A stretch of 64,000 nt of DNA, from assembly GCA_052326345.1 (NCBI GenBank), contig JBKQOZ010000063.1, positions 153,507 through 217,506 on the forward strand, given 5' to 3'. Numbering within the stretch: position 1 is the stretch's first letter; each line of letters opens with the position of its first letter. The DNA comes from Steroidobacteraceae bacterium (GTDB lineage Bacteria; Pseudomonadota; Gammaproteobacteria; Steroidobacterales; Steroidobacteraceae). A program made the position numbers and the translations under genes. The notes under the pieces are model-generated. The model was not told the DNA's origin and did no database searches. It worked only from the letters and a program-made list of their open reading frames with translations. Shown here one piece after another: positions 54,723 to 64,000 of this stretch.

Positions 54723-56083
54723 GCCGGCCGCAGAACGCCATGTCGATCACGCTGGATCCGCGCGAAACCCTGTCTTTAAGTCCGATGAGTCCGATCCAGA
54801 TCGGGGCGGTTGCAATCACCGTGGGGCTGAATGCGCTCGACGGCTTCGATGTGCTCGCCATCAGCTTCGCCTCGCCCGGCATTGCGCGAGCGTGGGGCAT
54901 CGATCGTGCGGCACTGGGCTTTGTACTGTCCATGGAGCTGATCGGGATGGGGCTCGGATCCATTTCGCTGGGCGGCGTCGCGGACAGAATCGGGCGGCGG
55001 CGCACATTGCTCGGCTGCTTGGCGGTGATGACGCTCGGTATGGCGATGGCGACACGCGCGAAAGGCGTCTATGACCTCTCCGTCTGGCGTGTCTTCACGG
55101 GCTTCGGGATCGGCGGCATGCTGGCGGGCATCAATGCGGTGGCCGCGGAATTCTCGAACTCTCGCCGTCGCAGCCTCAACGTGTCGCTGATGGCGATCGG
55201 TTACCCGATCGGCGCGATCGTCGGCGGATCGATCGCCGCGCTGCTGCTCAAGCAGGCCGACTGGCGCGCGGTGTTCGGATTCGGCGCCGCAGCGACGGCG
55301 GCGTTCATTCCACTCGTGTACTGGCTGGTGCCCGAGTCGGTGTACTGGCTATGCCAACGGCAACCCCGGGGCGCGCTCGCCGACGTCAATCGCAGCTTGC
55401 GCCGCATGGGTCATGAGACCGTCGCGGCGCTGCCGCCGATCGGCGACGAGGTGCGCCGGCGCGCGGTGGCCGAGATCTTCAGTCCCCAATGGATCCGGGT
55501 GACCGTGCTGGTCACCTCGGCCTACTTCCTGCATATCACGGCGTTCTATTTCATTCTCAAGTGGGTGCCGAAGATCGTGGTCGACATGGGCTTTTCGCCG
55601 TCGGCGGCGGCGGGGGTGCTGGTTTGGGCCAACGTCGGCGGCGCGACGGGCGGCGCGGTGCTCGGGCTGCTGTCGCTGCGCCTCGGCTTGAAGCACCTGA
55701 CCATGGTCGTGCTGGTGGCATCCACGATCATGCTCGCGGTGTTCGGCCGCGGGCAGGCGAATCTTGCGCAGCTTTCGTTGATCTGCGCGATTACCGGCTT
55801 CTTCACGAATGCCGGGGTGGTCGGGCTTTATGGAATCCTGGCCCAGGTGTACCCCACGCAGCTGCGCGCCACGGGCACGGGTTTCGCCATCGGTGTTGGG
55901 CGCGCGGGCGCCATGCTCGCGCCGATCATCGCCGGTTACCTCTTCCACACGGGCTACGGTCTGCAGTTCGTCGCGATCGCGATGGGCGGCGGGTCGCTCA
56001 TCGCCGCAATCGCGCTCTGGCTGTTGCCGCCGTCAACGAGCGCGGCAAAGATCATGGACGAGGCGACCGCCACAGCCGGGTGA
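54719..56083 (+). CDS. MFS transporter, aromatic acid:H+ symporter (PcaK/BenK-like)
   Basis: It has LDGFDVLAISFASPGI and DRIGRRRTL, with 12 predicted TM segments. GTG 54719 overlaps the MarR stop, and ATG 54740 is an alternative start. Confidence 0.8.
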   Translation: MSRPQNAMSITLDPRETLSLSPMSPIQIGAVAITVGLNALDGFDVLAISFASPGIARAWGIDRAALGFVLSMELIGMGLGSISLGGVADRIGRRRTLLGCLAVMTLGMAMATRAKGVYDLSVWRVFTGFGIGGMLAGINAVAAEFSNSRRRSLNVSLMAIGYPIGAIVGGSIAALLLKQADWRAVFGFGAAATAAFIPLVYWLVPESVYWLCQRQPRGALADVNRSLRRMGHETVAALPPIGDEVRRRAVAEIFSPQWIRVTVLVTSAYFLHITAFYFILKWVPKIVVDMGFSPSAAAGVLVWANVGGATGGAVLGLLSLRLGLKHLTMVVLVASTIMLAVFGRGQANLAQLSLICAITGFFTNAGVVGLYGILAQVYPTQLRATGTGFAIGVGRAGAMLAPIIAGYLFHTGYGLQFVAIAMGGGSLIAAIALWLLPPSTSAAKIMDEATATAG

Positions 56084-56111
56084 GCGCGCTGAAGAAGGCG
56101 GCGGGCGCCGG

Positions 56112-56897
56112 TCACCCCCAGCGCGACGCTTCGATACCCGGCACGAACTGCCGCTCCGGCTGGGGCGTTCTCGCCGTGCGCAGCGCCTCGCGCACGGAAT
56201 CGCGCGCCGCGATCCGTCCGAGATATTCAAGGATACGCGGGGTCGACTGGGCATTGACGGATGCCGCCGCCAGATCCGGAAGCACGCAGAGCATCGGGTA
56301 TGCGTCGATGTCGGCAATCGAGAATGCAGGGCCGGCGAGCCACGGCCCAGCGCGAAGTGCGGCCTCGATGCGCGCCAGCGGCGCGCCGAGCCGCTCGTGC
56401 ACCGACTTCAAATAATCCGGCGTGTAGCTGCCGTTGCGCAGCGCGAGCCACCCGGTGCGCCGCTCGATGGGTTCGATCGCGGCGATGCGCCGGTCAACCA
56501 CTTCAGGATCCAGGGCCGCGAGGTGCGGCTGCAGGTATTTCGCGGCTCCCAGCACCGGCACGATCGAACCGAGCTGTGCTCCCAGATATTGACCCCAGGC
56601 GCGGGCGCGGTAGGCATCGTAGGGATCACCGGGCACCAGCGAATCTCCGGGCAGAGCCTCCGAGATGTACTCCAGCATGAAGAATGAGCTCGAGATGAGC
56701 GTCCCGTCATGCAGCAGCAGCGGCCCTTCACGCTCGAGCTGCAGACTGGATTCGAGGTCGCTCGGAAAGCCGTCCGCAAACTGCTCGAAGTTCGCGGCAT
56801 CGAAATATCGTAGGGTGTAGGGCGCATGCTTTTCAGCCAGCGCGATCAGCGGCTTTAAGAAAAGCGCGTTCGGCTCGGAGGTGTACAGTTCAAGCAC
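56112..56897 (-). CDS. Divergent LigF-family GST-like protein
   Basis: The N-terminus MLELYTSEPNALFLKPLIALAEK parallels the LigF-like N-termini, but Leu replaces the Ser of the ANS motif. GTG 56897 overlaps the upstream GST stop by 8 nt. WLAGPAFSIADI is conserved. Confidence 0.7.
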   Translation of the reverse strand: MLELYTSEPNALFLKPLIALAEKHAPYTLRYFDAANFEQFADGFPSDLESSLQLEREGPLLLHDGTLISSSFFMLEYISEALPGDSLVPGDPYDAYRARAWGQYLGAQLGSIVPVLGAAKYLQPHLAALDPEVVDRRIAAIEPIERRTGWLALRNGSYTPDYLKSVHERLGAPLARIEAALRAGPWLAGPAFSIADIDAYPMLCVLPDLAAASVNAQSTPRILEYLGRIAARDSVREALRTARTPQPERQFVPGIEASRWG

Positions 56898-57657
56898 TGG
56901 GCGTGCGCTCCAATATCTTGATCCGTGCGGCCATTTGAGTACGCCCCTTGGCCCAGGTTTCGCGCGCCGCGGGGCGCTCGTAGATCCGGCGCAGCCATTC
57001 CATGATATGCGGTGTCTTGGAGTCGTTGCAGTGTTCGGGCTGCGACAGCGGCAGTGCGTATCCCAGATTGAAGCCGTTGATGTCGCCGAGCGAGTATCGA
57101 TCGCCGGCGATCCAGGCCGAGCGGCTGAGATGGCGCTCCAGGGCTGCCGTGGCGAACAGCACGCGACGCTTCGACTCGGCGAGCTCCTCGGGCAAGAACT
57201 CGTTGAACAGAGCCTTGCGCCACGCGATGCGTCGCGACTCGAGCGGTATCCGATCGATCGCGGCGCGAAGCTCTTCGGGCGGGCGATGCCGTGCGGCGGG
57301 TCCGATGAAAATGCTCCAGCCGATCATGCTGAGCGACGGCGCGAAGTAGGCATCGAAGAAGCGCATCCACCAGCGCATGCGCCAGCGTGCCTTCGCATCC
57401 GCGGGCTTGAGCGGCGGCCCCGGAAACGCCTCGTCGATGTATTCCATCATCGGCGTCGATTCGGTGAGCACTCGCGAGCCATGCACCATGGCCGGAATCG
57501 TTCCATCCGGGTTGACGGCAAGATATGCGGGTTTGTGCTGGTCGAACTGCAGCAAATCGAGGTAGCGGCTTTCGTATGCCACGCCCTTCTCGGCAAGCGT
57601 CAGCATCGGCTTGCCGGAATTGGCGTTCGGTTCCCAGTGATAGAGGATGACGGCCAT
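56890..57657 (-). CDS. Glutathione S-transferase, LigF-type beta-etherase-like
   Basis: It has ILYHWEPNANSGKPMLTLAEKGV, FDQHKP.YL.VNPDGTIPAMVH..RVLTESTPMMEYIDEAFP, LKP...K.RW.MR.W and WIAGDRYSLGDI. Confidence 0.8.
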   Translation of the reverse strand: MAVILYHWEPNANSGKPMLTLAEKGVAYESRYLDLLQFDQHKPAYLAVNPDGTIPAMVHGSRVLTESTPMMEYIDEAFPGPPLKPADAKARWRMRWWMRFFDAYFAPSLSMIGWSIFIGPAARHRPPEELRAAIDRIPLESRRIAWRKALFNEFLPEELAESKRRVLFATAALERHLSRSAWIAGDRYSLGDINGFNLGYALPLSQPEHCNDSKTPHIMEWLRRIYERPAARETWAKGRTQMAARIKILERTPSA

Positions 57658-57797
57658 ACCGCCCGCTAGGCTGCACGCCGTGCGCGGCGCCGGCTCGACG
57701 GTCGGGGAAACGCAACGCGATGAGGCGCGAACACACCCGGCGCGCAGGGCTGATTGTTATGTACTATAATGAACTTTTCGCGGCGCCCGGCGGCCCC

Positions 57798-58271
57798 ATG
57801 AAGCTCAAGGCGAGACAAACCCACGCGGCATCCCTCGGTGACCTGGAGCAGCAGGTGGGCTACATGCTGCGGCGCGCGCAGCTTGCCGTGTTCGCGGACT
57901 TCATCGCCGGCCAGCGCGGCCCGGCGGCGCGGCCGGGTCAGTTTTCCGTGCTCGCCGTGGTCGGCCGCAATCCGGGCATCAGCCAATCGCAGCTGTGCGC
58001 AGCCCTCGGCATCAAGCGCGCCAACCTGGTGGCCGTCATCGATCGCTTCGAGTCGCTCGACCTTGTGCGCCGCGAGACATCCTCGACCGACCGTCGCGCC
58101 AACCGCCTGCAGCTCACCGGCGCCGGACAGCGCGCGCTGCAGAATGCGCTCGCGGCCCAGGCCGAGCACGAAGCGCGCATCACCGGATTGTTGGGCGCCG
58201 CCGGCAGGCAAGCACTGCTCAAGCACCTGGCGAAGCTGTGCGAACTGTCACCCGCTAGGAGGTTTCCATGA
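57798..58271 (+). CDS. MarR family transcriptional regulator (CouR-like context)
   Basis: The winged HTH reads ARPGQFSVLAVVGRNPGISQSQLCAALGIKRANLVAVIDRFESLDLVRRETSSTDRRANRLQLTGAG. Its stop overlaps the next ATG (ATGA). Confidence 0.8.
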   Translation: MKLKARQTHAASLGDLEQQVGYMLRRAQLAVFADFIAGQRGPAARPGQFSVLAVVGRNPGISQSQLCAALGIKRANLVAVIDRFESLDLVRRETSSTDRRANRLQLTGAGQRALQNALAAQAEHEARITGLLGAAGRQALLKHLAKLCELSPARRFP

Positions 58272-60400
58272 GTTCCCGAATCGTGACACTTGCGCTGGAC
58301 GGCGAAATTGCCGTCATCAGCGTCAACAACCCGCCGGTCAATACGATCAATGCCGCCGCCCGACAGGGCTTGTTCGCGGCGCTTGCGGATATCCGCTCGC
58401 GCGCCGGAATCTCGGCTGTGGTTCTGGTCTGCGAAGGCAGCACGTTCTTCTCTGGGGCGGACATCGGCGAATTCGCGGGGCCTCCGAAGGAGGCCGAATA
58501 TCGCGATCTTTTCCGCCAGCTGGAGCAGCTGCCGGTCCCGGTGGTCGCCGGGATGCACGGTGTGGCCATGGGCGGCGGCCTCGAGATCGCGCTCGCCTGC
58601 CATTACCGCGTGGCGGTGCCGGGCGCGCGCTTCGGACTTCCCGAGGTCACGCTCGGCATCATCCCCGGCGCCGGCGGAACTCAGCGCATGCCGCGGTTGA
58701 TCGGCGTCGAGAAGACTCTCGATCTGATACTCGCGGCGCGTCCGGTGGACGTGGCGACGGCTATTGCGCTCGGATTCGTCGATGCCGAGATCTCGGGCGA
58801 CGTGCGCAGCGGGACGATCGAATTCGCGCGGGCGCTGGTCCGCGACGCTGCCGGCCCGCGCCCCACGGCGCAGCGCCGCGTCGATCCGCAGACGGCGACG
58901 CCGGCGATCATCGAACGCCTGACGCAGCAGGCGAAAAGCCAATACCCTAACCGGCAGGCGGCCCTGACCGCCATCCAGGCGGTGAGCGCCTCCGCGACGC
59001 TGCCCTTCGAGGAGGGGCTGCTCTACGAGACCGAGCTCGCCAACGGCGCGAAGGCGACGGTTGAATCTAAGGCGCTGATACACGTGTTCTTCGCGGAGCG
59101 CGATACGCGCAAGGTGCCGGGGTTGCCTGCTGAGGCAAAGGCGCGCCCCATAGCGAGCGGCGGCGTGGTGGGCGCCGGCACCATGGGCGGCGGAATCGCA
59201 ATCTGCTTCGCCAACGCAAACCTGCCGGTCACCCTGCTCGACAGCACTCAAGAGGCGCTGGACCGGGGGTTGGCCGTGATCGGCTCGACCTACGACTCGA
59301 TGGTGAAGCGCGGAAGGCTGACGGCGGCGGACAAGGATCGGCGGATGGGGTTGATCCGCGGCACGCTCGACTATTCGGAGCTGGCGCAGGCCGATGTACT
59401 GATCGAGGCGGTATTCGAGAGCCTCGACCTCAAGCGCAAGATCTTCAAGACGCTGGACGAGGTGGCGCGGCCGGGCGCCGTGCTCGCTACGAATACCTCG
59501 ACCCTGGATGTCACCGAGATCGCGGCGGCGACGCGCCGTCCGCAAGACGTCATCGGGCTGCACTTCTTCTCGCCTGCGAACGTGATGCCCCTGCTCGAGG
59601 TGGTGCGCACCGACAGGACCGATCCCGCCGTCATCCGCACCGCGCTCGATCTCGCCAAGGCACTGCGCAAGACACCGGTGGTGGCGCGGGTCTGCTATGG
59701 CTTCATCGGCAATCGCATGATGGAGGGGTATGCGCGCGAGGCGCAGCGCATGGTCCTCGAGGGCGCCACGCCTCGCGAGGTCGACGACGCTCTCGAAGCG
59801 TGGGGCATGGCCATGGGCATCCTGGCGGTGTTCGACATGGCGGGAATCGAGGTGGGGGTCAACGTGCATCGCGCGAACGCGGACCGGTATCCGCCCGACC
59901 CGGCCTATTATCAGGCGGATTTTGCGCTGCACGCGGCCGGTCGCCTCGGCCAAAAGAACGGCAAGGGCTACTATCGATACGTGGCCGGGGATCGCACGCG
60001 TCACGACGATCCGGAAGCCCTCGACATCCTGCGCCGCACCGCGCAGCGCCTGAACATTCCGCAGCGACAGCACAGTCCGGAGGAGATCGTGGAGCGCTGC
60101 CTGTATCCGCTGATCAACGAGGGCATGCGCATCCTCGAGGAGGGGGTGGCCTCGCGCGCCGCCGATATCGATGTCGTGTGGTGCGCCGGCTACGGCTTTC
60201 CGCGCTACCGCGGCGGGCCGCTGTTCTATGCGGACACGATCGGTCTGAAGACCGTGCGCGACGGTATGCTCAAATACCGCGATCTGTTCGGTCCCATGCA
60301 CTGGCAGAGCGCACCGCTGCTCGACCGTCTGGCCGCCGAAGGGAGTACGCTCGAGCGTTGGCAAGCGGCGCGCAACCGCGCGCAAGGGGTGTCGAAATGA
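58268..60400 (+). CDS. Bifunctional enoyl-CoA hydratase / 3-hydroxyacyl-CoA dehydrogenase (FadB/FadJ-like)
   Basis: The N-terminal crotonase fold reads FFSGADIGEF...GGGLEIALACHYR. The central NAD domain reads VVGAGTMGGGIA, followed by the 3HCDH C-terminal domains. An AGGAGG Shine-Dalgarno is present. Confidence 0.9.
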   Translation: MSSRIVTLALDGEIAVISVNNPPVNTINAAARQGLFAALADIRSRAGISAVVLVCEGSTFFSGADIGEFAGPPKEAEYRDLFRQLEQLPVPVVAGMHGVAMGGGLEIALACHYRVAVPGARFGLPEVTLGIIPGAGGTQRMPRLIGVEKTLDLILAARPVDVATAIALGFVDAEISGDVRSGTIEFARALVRDAAGPRPTAQRRVDPQTATPAIIERLTQQAKSQYPNRQAALTAIQAVSASATLPFEEGLLYETELANGAKATVESKALIHVFFAERDTRKVPGLPAEAKARPIASGGVVGAGTMGGGIAICFANANLPVTLLDSTQEALDRGLAVIGSTYDSMVKRGRLTAADKDRRMGLIRGTLDYSELAQADVLIEAVFESLDLKRKIFKTLDEVARPGAVLATNTSTLDVTEIAAATRRPQDVIGLHFFSPANVMPLLEVVRTDRTDPAVIRTALDLAKALRKTPVVARVCYGFIGNRMMEGYAREAQRMVLEGATPREVDDALEAWGMAMGILAVFDMAGIEVGVNVHRANADRYPPDPAYYQADFALHAAGRLGQKNGKGYYRYVAGDRTRHDDPEALDILRRTAQRLNIPQRQHSPEEIVERCLYPLINEGMRILEEGVASRAADIDVVWCAGYGFPRYRGGPLFYADTIGLKTVRDGMLKYRDLFGPMHWQSAPLLDRLAAEGSTLERWQAARNRAQGVSK

Positions 60401-61263
60401 ACGTGAAGGATCTGATCGCGATCGACGTGCATACCCATGCGGAAGTCTCCTGCCGGCAGCCGGCGGATGAGGTGTGGCAGGCGTACGAGGATGCGGCGTC
60501 GAAGTATTTCAAGGCCGGCAAACGCCCCACCATTGCCGAGACGATCGCCTACTACCGGGAACGCAAGATCGGCCTCGTCATGTTCACGGTGGACTCGGAA
60601 CACGAACTGGGCTCGCGGCGCATCCCGAACGAGGAGGTGTGCGACGCGGCCCGTGAGAACAGCGATCTCATGATCGCCTTCGCGAGCATCGACCCGCACA
60701 AGGGCAAGATGGGCGTGCGCGAGGCCCGCCGCCTGATCAAGGAAGGCACGGTCAAGGGCTTCAAGTTCCATCCCACGGTCCAGGGCTTTTTCCCGAACGA
60801 CCGAATGGCCTATGGGTTGTACGAAGTGATCGCCGAGCACAAGCTGCCGGCCATATTCCACAGCGGGCATTCGGGCATCGGCACCGGGATGCCCGGCGGG
60901 GGCGGCGTGCGCTTGAAGTACTCGAATCCGATCCACCTCGATGATGTGGCGGCGGACTTCCCGGACATGAACATCATCATCGCGCACCCGTCGTGGCCCT
61001 GGCAGGACGAGGCCCTGTCGGTGTGCCTGCACAAGCCGAACGTGTACATCGATTTGTCCGGTTGGTCGCCGAAGTACTTTCCGCCGCAGCTGGTGCAATA
61101 CGCGAATACTCAGCTCAAGCGCAAGATGCTGTTCGGCTCGGATTTCCCGCTGATCGCACCCGACCGGTGGATCAAGGACTTCCGCGAGGCGGGATTCAGG
61201 CCCGAGGTTCACGAGCTGATCCTCAAGGACAACGCCGTCGCGCTGCTCGGTCTGGCGGGCTGA
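60397..61263 (+). CDS. Amidohydrolase superfamily protein (CouO-like candidate aryl-beta-ketoacyl-CoA hydrolase)
   Basis: The metal-binding HxH is near the N-terminus (IDVHTHAE), with later HSGHSG, IIAHPSWPW and GSDFP motifs. Its ATG overlaps the FadB-like stop (ATGA). Confidence 0.8.
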   Translation: MNVKDLIAIDVHTHAEVSCRQPADEVWQAYEDAASKYFKAGKRPTIAETIAYYRERKIGLVMFTVDSEHELGSRRIPNEEVCDAARENSDLMIAFASIDPHKGKMGVREARRLIKEGTVKGFKFHPTVQGFFPNDRMAYGLYEVIAEHKLPAIFHSGHSGIGTGMPGGGGVRLKYSNPIHLDDVAADFPDMNIIIAHPSWPWQDEALSVCLHKPNVYIDLSGWSPKYFPPQLVQYANTQLKRKMLFGSDFPLIAPDRWIKDFREAGFRPEVHELILKDNAVALLGLAG

Positions 61264-61335
61264 TCCGTTGCACTGATGGTCTATTTTCCCGTCCGTACTG
61301 TACGAGCGGCGATGGCGGCAAATCGGCCACATTGA

Positions 61336-62787
<1,452 letters not shown>

Positions 62788-62789
62788 GA

Positions 62790-63686
62790 TTGAACGCAGG
62801 AGAAGAGGAGGCCGGCGCCGCAGGCGTCGAGGCGGATCTTCATTACCTGGTGCCCGGTTCGCGCATCAACCGGCGGTACGTGGCGCCGGGCGCGGAGATG
62901 AATACCGGTCACTATGCGCCGCAGCGCGTGAAAATTCGCAATGCGCGGCCATTTCAGCACCGCCTGGGGTTCGACAGCCACGGATTCGTGCTCGTCCCGC
63001 ACTCGAGCCGCATCGCCGATTTCACCGACCGCGCGCAGGTCGATACGAACTACGCCGCCGAAGTGAGCGACGTGGTCAGGCGCGTGACCGGCGCCTCGCT
63101 CGTCTTGCCGATGGGCTGGATGATCCGCTCGTCCGGCGAGTTGCCGGCGGCGGCGCAGCAGCCGGCCGGCTACACCCATCAGGGCGGCACCCAGCCTCCG
63201 GCGAGCGACGTCCATGTGGACATGGCGCCGGACCGTGCGCAGCGCTTCGCGAAGATGCTCTACGAGAAGCACGTCCCCGGCGGCGCGGGGTTCCGGCGCT
63301 TCGTCGCCACGAGCTGCTGGCGCGCGTTCTCCGCGCCGCCGCAGGATTGGCCGCTCGCCGTCTGCGACGGCAGCAGCGTCGACCCGGCCGAGGGGGTCAA
63401 GAACACGATGGTCATCGTCGATGCGCTGCCTGGGAGCGACGCGATTCCCGATGAGCTGCCCGGGGAGGATGGCGTGCCGGCCGCCTCCGTGTTTCACTTC
63501 AGCCCGAAGCATCGCTGGTGGTATTACCCGAACATGACGCGCGACGAGGTGCTGCTGCTGAAGTTTCACGATTCCGACCATTCGACGGCGTGGCGCACGC
63601 CGCACACCTCGTTCCACGATCCGACCTACCCCGACGCCCGCATCCGCCGCAGCATCGAGTTTCGCACCGTGGCGTACTTCGAGTAG
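62790..63686 (+). CDS. CmcJ/NvfI-family oxidoreductase-like protein
   Basis: The ~298-aa protein has the pattern L.Y........Y...... I.NAR......L...GF.LV.H.S...DF.D........Y..E........G, ...HVD, and a C-terminal ..PH.SF.DP. This matches my recollection of this family. The TTG 62790 start lies 2 nt after the ligM stop and is uncertain. Confidence 0.55.
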   Translation: MNAGEEEAGAAGVEADLHYLVPGSRINRRYVAPGAEMNTGHYAPQRVKIRNARPFQHRLGFDSHGFVLVPHSSRIADFTDRAQVDTNYAAEVSDVVRRVTGASLVLPMGWMIRSSGELPAAAQQPAGYTHQGGTQPPASDVHVDMAPDRAQRFAKMLYEKHVPGGAGFRRFVATSCWRAFSAPPQDWPLAVCDGSSVDPAEGVKNTMVIVDALPGSDAIPDELPGEDGVPAASVFHFSPKHRWWYYPNMTRDEVLLLKFHDSDHSTAWRTPHTSFHDPTYPDARIRRSIEFRTVAYFE

Positions 63687-63698
63687 CGCAAAGAAAAG

Positions 63699-63728
63699 CC
63701 CCTCGCGCCGCCGGATTGGCGCGAGGGG
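63699..63728 (-). terminator. Intrinsic terminator for the minus-strand TonB-dependent receptor gene
   Basis: It is a perfect 11-bp GC-rich stem (CCCCTCGCGCC / GGCGCGAGGGG) with an 8-nt loop. On the minus strand it is followed by CTTTTCTTTG. Confidence 0.6.
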
Positions 63729-63735
63729 AAGCCGA

Positions 63736-64000
63736 TCAGAACCGGTGTTTGATCTCGAGCGCGACCTCCAGCGGCGGTCCGGGCGTACCGGTCACCGATC
63801 CGCCGCCCGCGCCGGTGAGATCGAACACGTTCAGGTAGTAGAAATGGTCGGTGAGATTCAGCGCGAGCAATGAGGCTTCCCAGTTGCCCTGATCGGGTTT
63901 CCAGGTGATGCGCGCGTTGTAGAGCGTGTAGCCGCCGATGTGATTGGTCGGGGCGTTGACCGCGCCGGTCCAGATCTCGGTGCGCATGTCCGCATCCAGG
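63736..64000 (-). CDS. TonB-dependent receptor, C-terminal fragment (5' end lies outside the window)
   Basis: The frame is open to the window edge. The C-terminus ...LNLTDHFYY......PGPPLEVALEIKHRF ends in the canonical terminal aromatic residue (Phe) of an outer-membrane beta-barrel. Confidence 0.8.
   Translation of the reverse strand, partial: LDADMRTEIWTGAVNAPTNHIGGYTLYNARITWKPDQGNWEASLLALNLTDHFYYLNVFDLTGAGGGSVTGTPGPPLEVALEIKHRF

Noticed and set aside
57938-60385. An 815-aa minus-strand ORF lies antisense to the FadB-like gene. Similar giant antisense or alternative-frame ORFs occur at 60226-62691 (821 aa), 20073-21866 (597 aa), 35969-37729 (586 aa), 11326-12750, 48357-50000 and 39388-40752.
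   Set aside because: The translations are Arg/Ala/Gly/Pro-rich with no recognisable motifs. Each fully overlaps a gene with clear family signatures on the other strand. This is the typical shadow-ORF artefact of high-GC DNA.

Overview
This is a high-GC (roughly 65-70% by eye) proteobacterial chromosomal segment. Positions 1-4.6 kb hold the tail of a flagellar cluster: flhF (partial), fleN, fliA, motA/C, motB/D, a small ORF and a DUF2802 gene. From about 4.7 kb to the end, the window is an almost uninterrupted run of catabolic genes:
- 3 GMC oxidoreductases and 5 aldehyde dehydrogenases.
- 3 SDRs (two LigD-like) and 2 MDR/Zn dehydrogenases.
- 5 GSTs: three LigF-like beta-etherase type, one Nu-class YfcG-like, one generic.
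- A lignostilbene-type carotenoid oxygenase coupled to an EthD gene.
- An MdlC-like ThDP decarboxylase and a lipoprotein-type quinohemoprotein PQQ alcohol dehydrogenase.
- An acetoacetyl-CoA-synthetase-like ligase and a FadB-like hydratase/dehydrogenase.
- Two amidohydrolases, one ACMSD/LigW-type and one CouO-like.
- A LigM-type THF-dependent aryl O-demethylase.
- Two DUF3237 genes.
- 4 intact MFS transporters plus 1 decayed one, and the end of a TonB-dependent receptor.
- LysR, AraC, MarR (x2) and PadR regulators.

The best overall reading is an upper-pathway supercluster for lignin-derived aromatics (beta-aryl ether, stilbene and hydroxycinnamate converted to vanillate). It sits on a backbone that does not look sphingomonad. 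The most novel-looking units are a LysR-controlled 9-gene operon (16.7-27.8 kb) and a MarR-FadB-amidohydrolase-LigM-CmcJ-like unit (57.8-63.7 kb).

There are two non-metabolic oddities. One is a low-GC PadR gene next to a repeat-containing small acidic ORF and an HhH-GPD gene (34.6-36.2 kb). The other is a gene-decay patch at 43.4-45.4 kb.

No rRNA, tRNA, CRISPR array, transposase or integrase was recognised. All functional calls come from by-eye motif and homology recognition. No searches were run.
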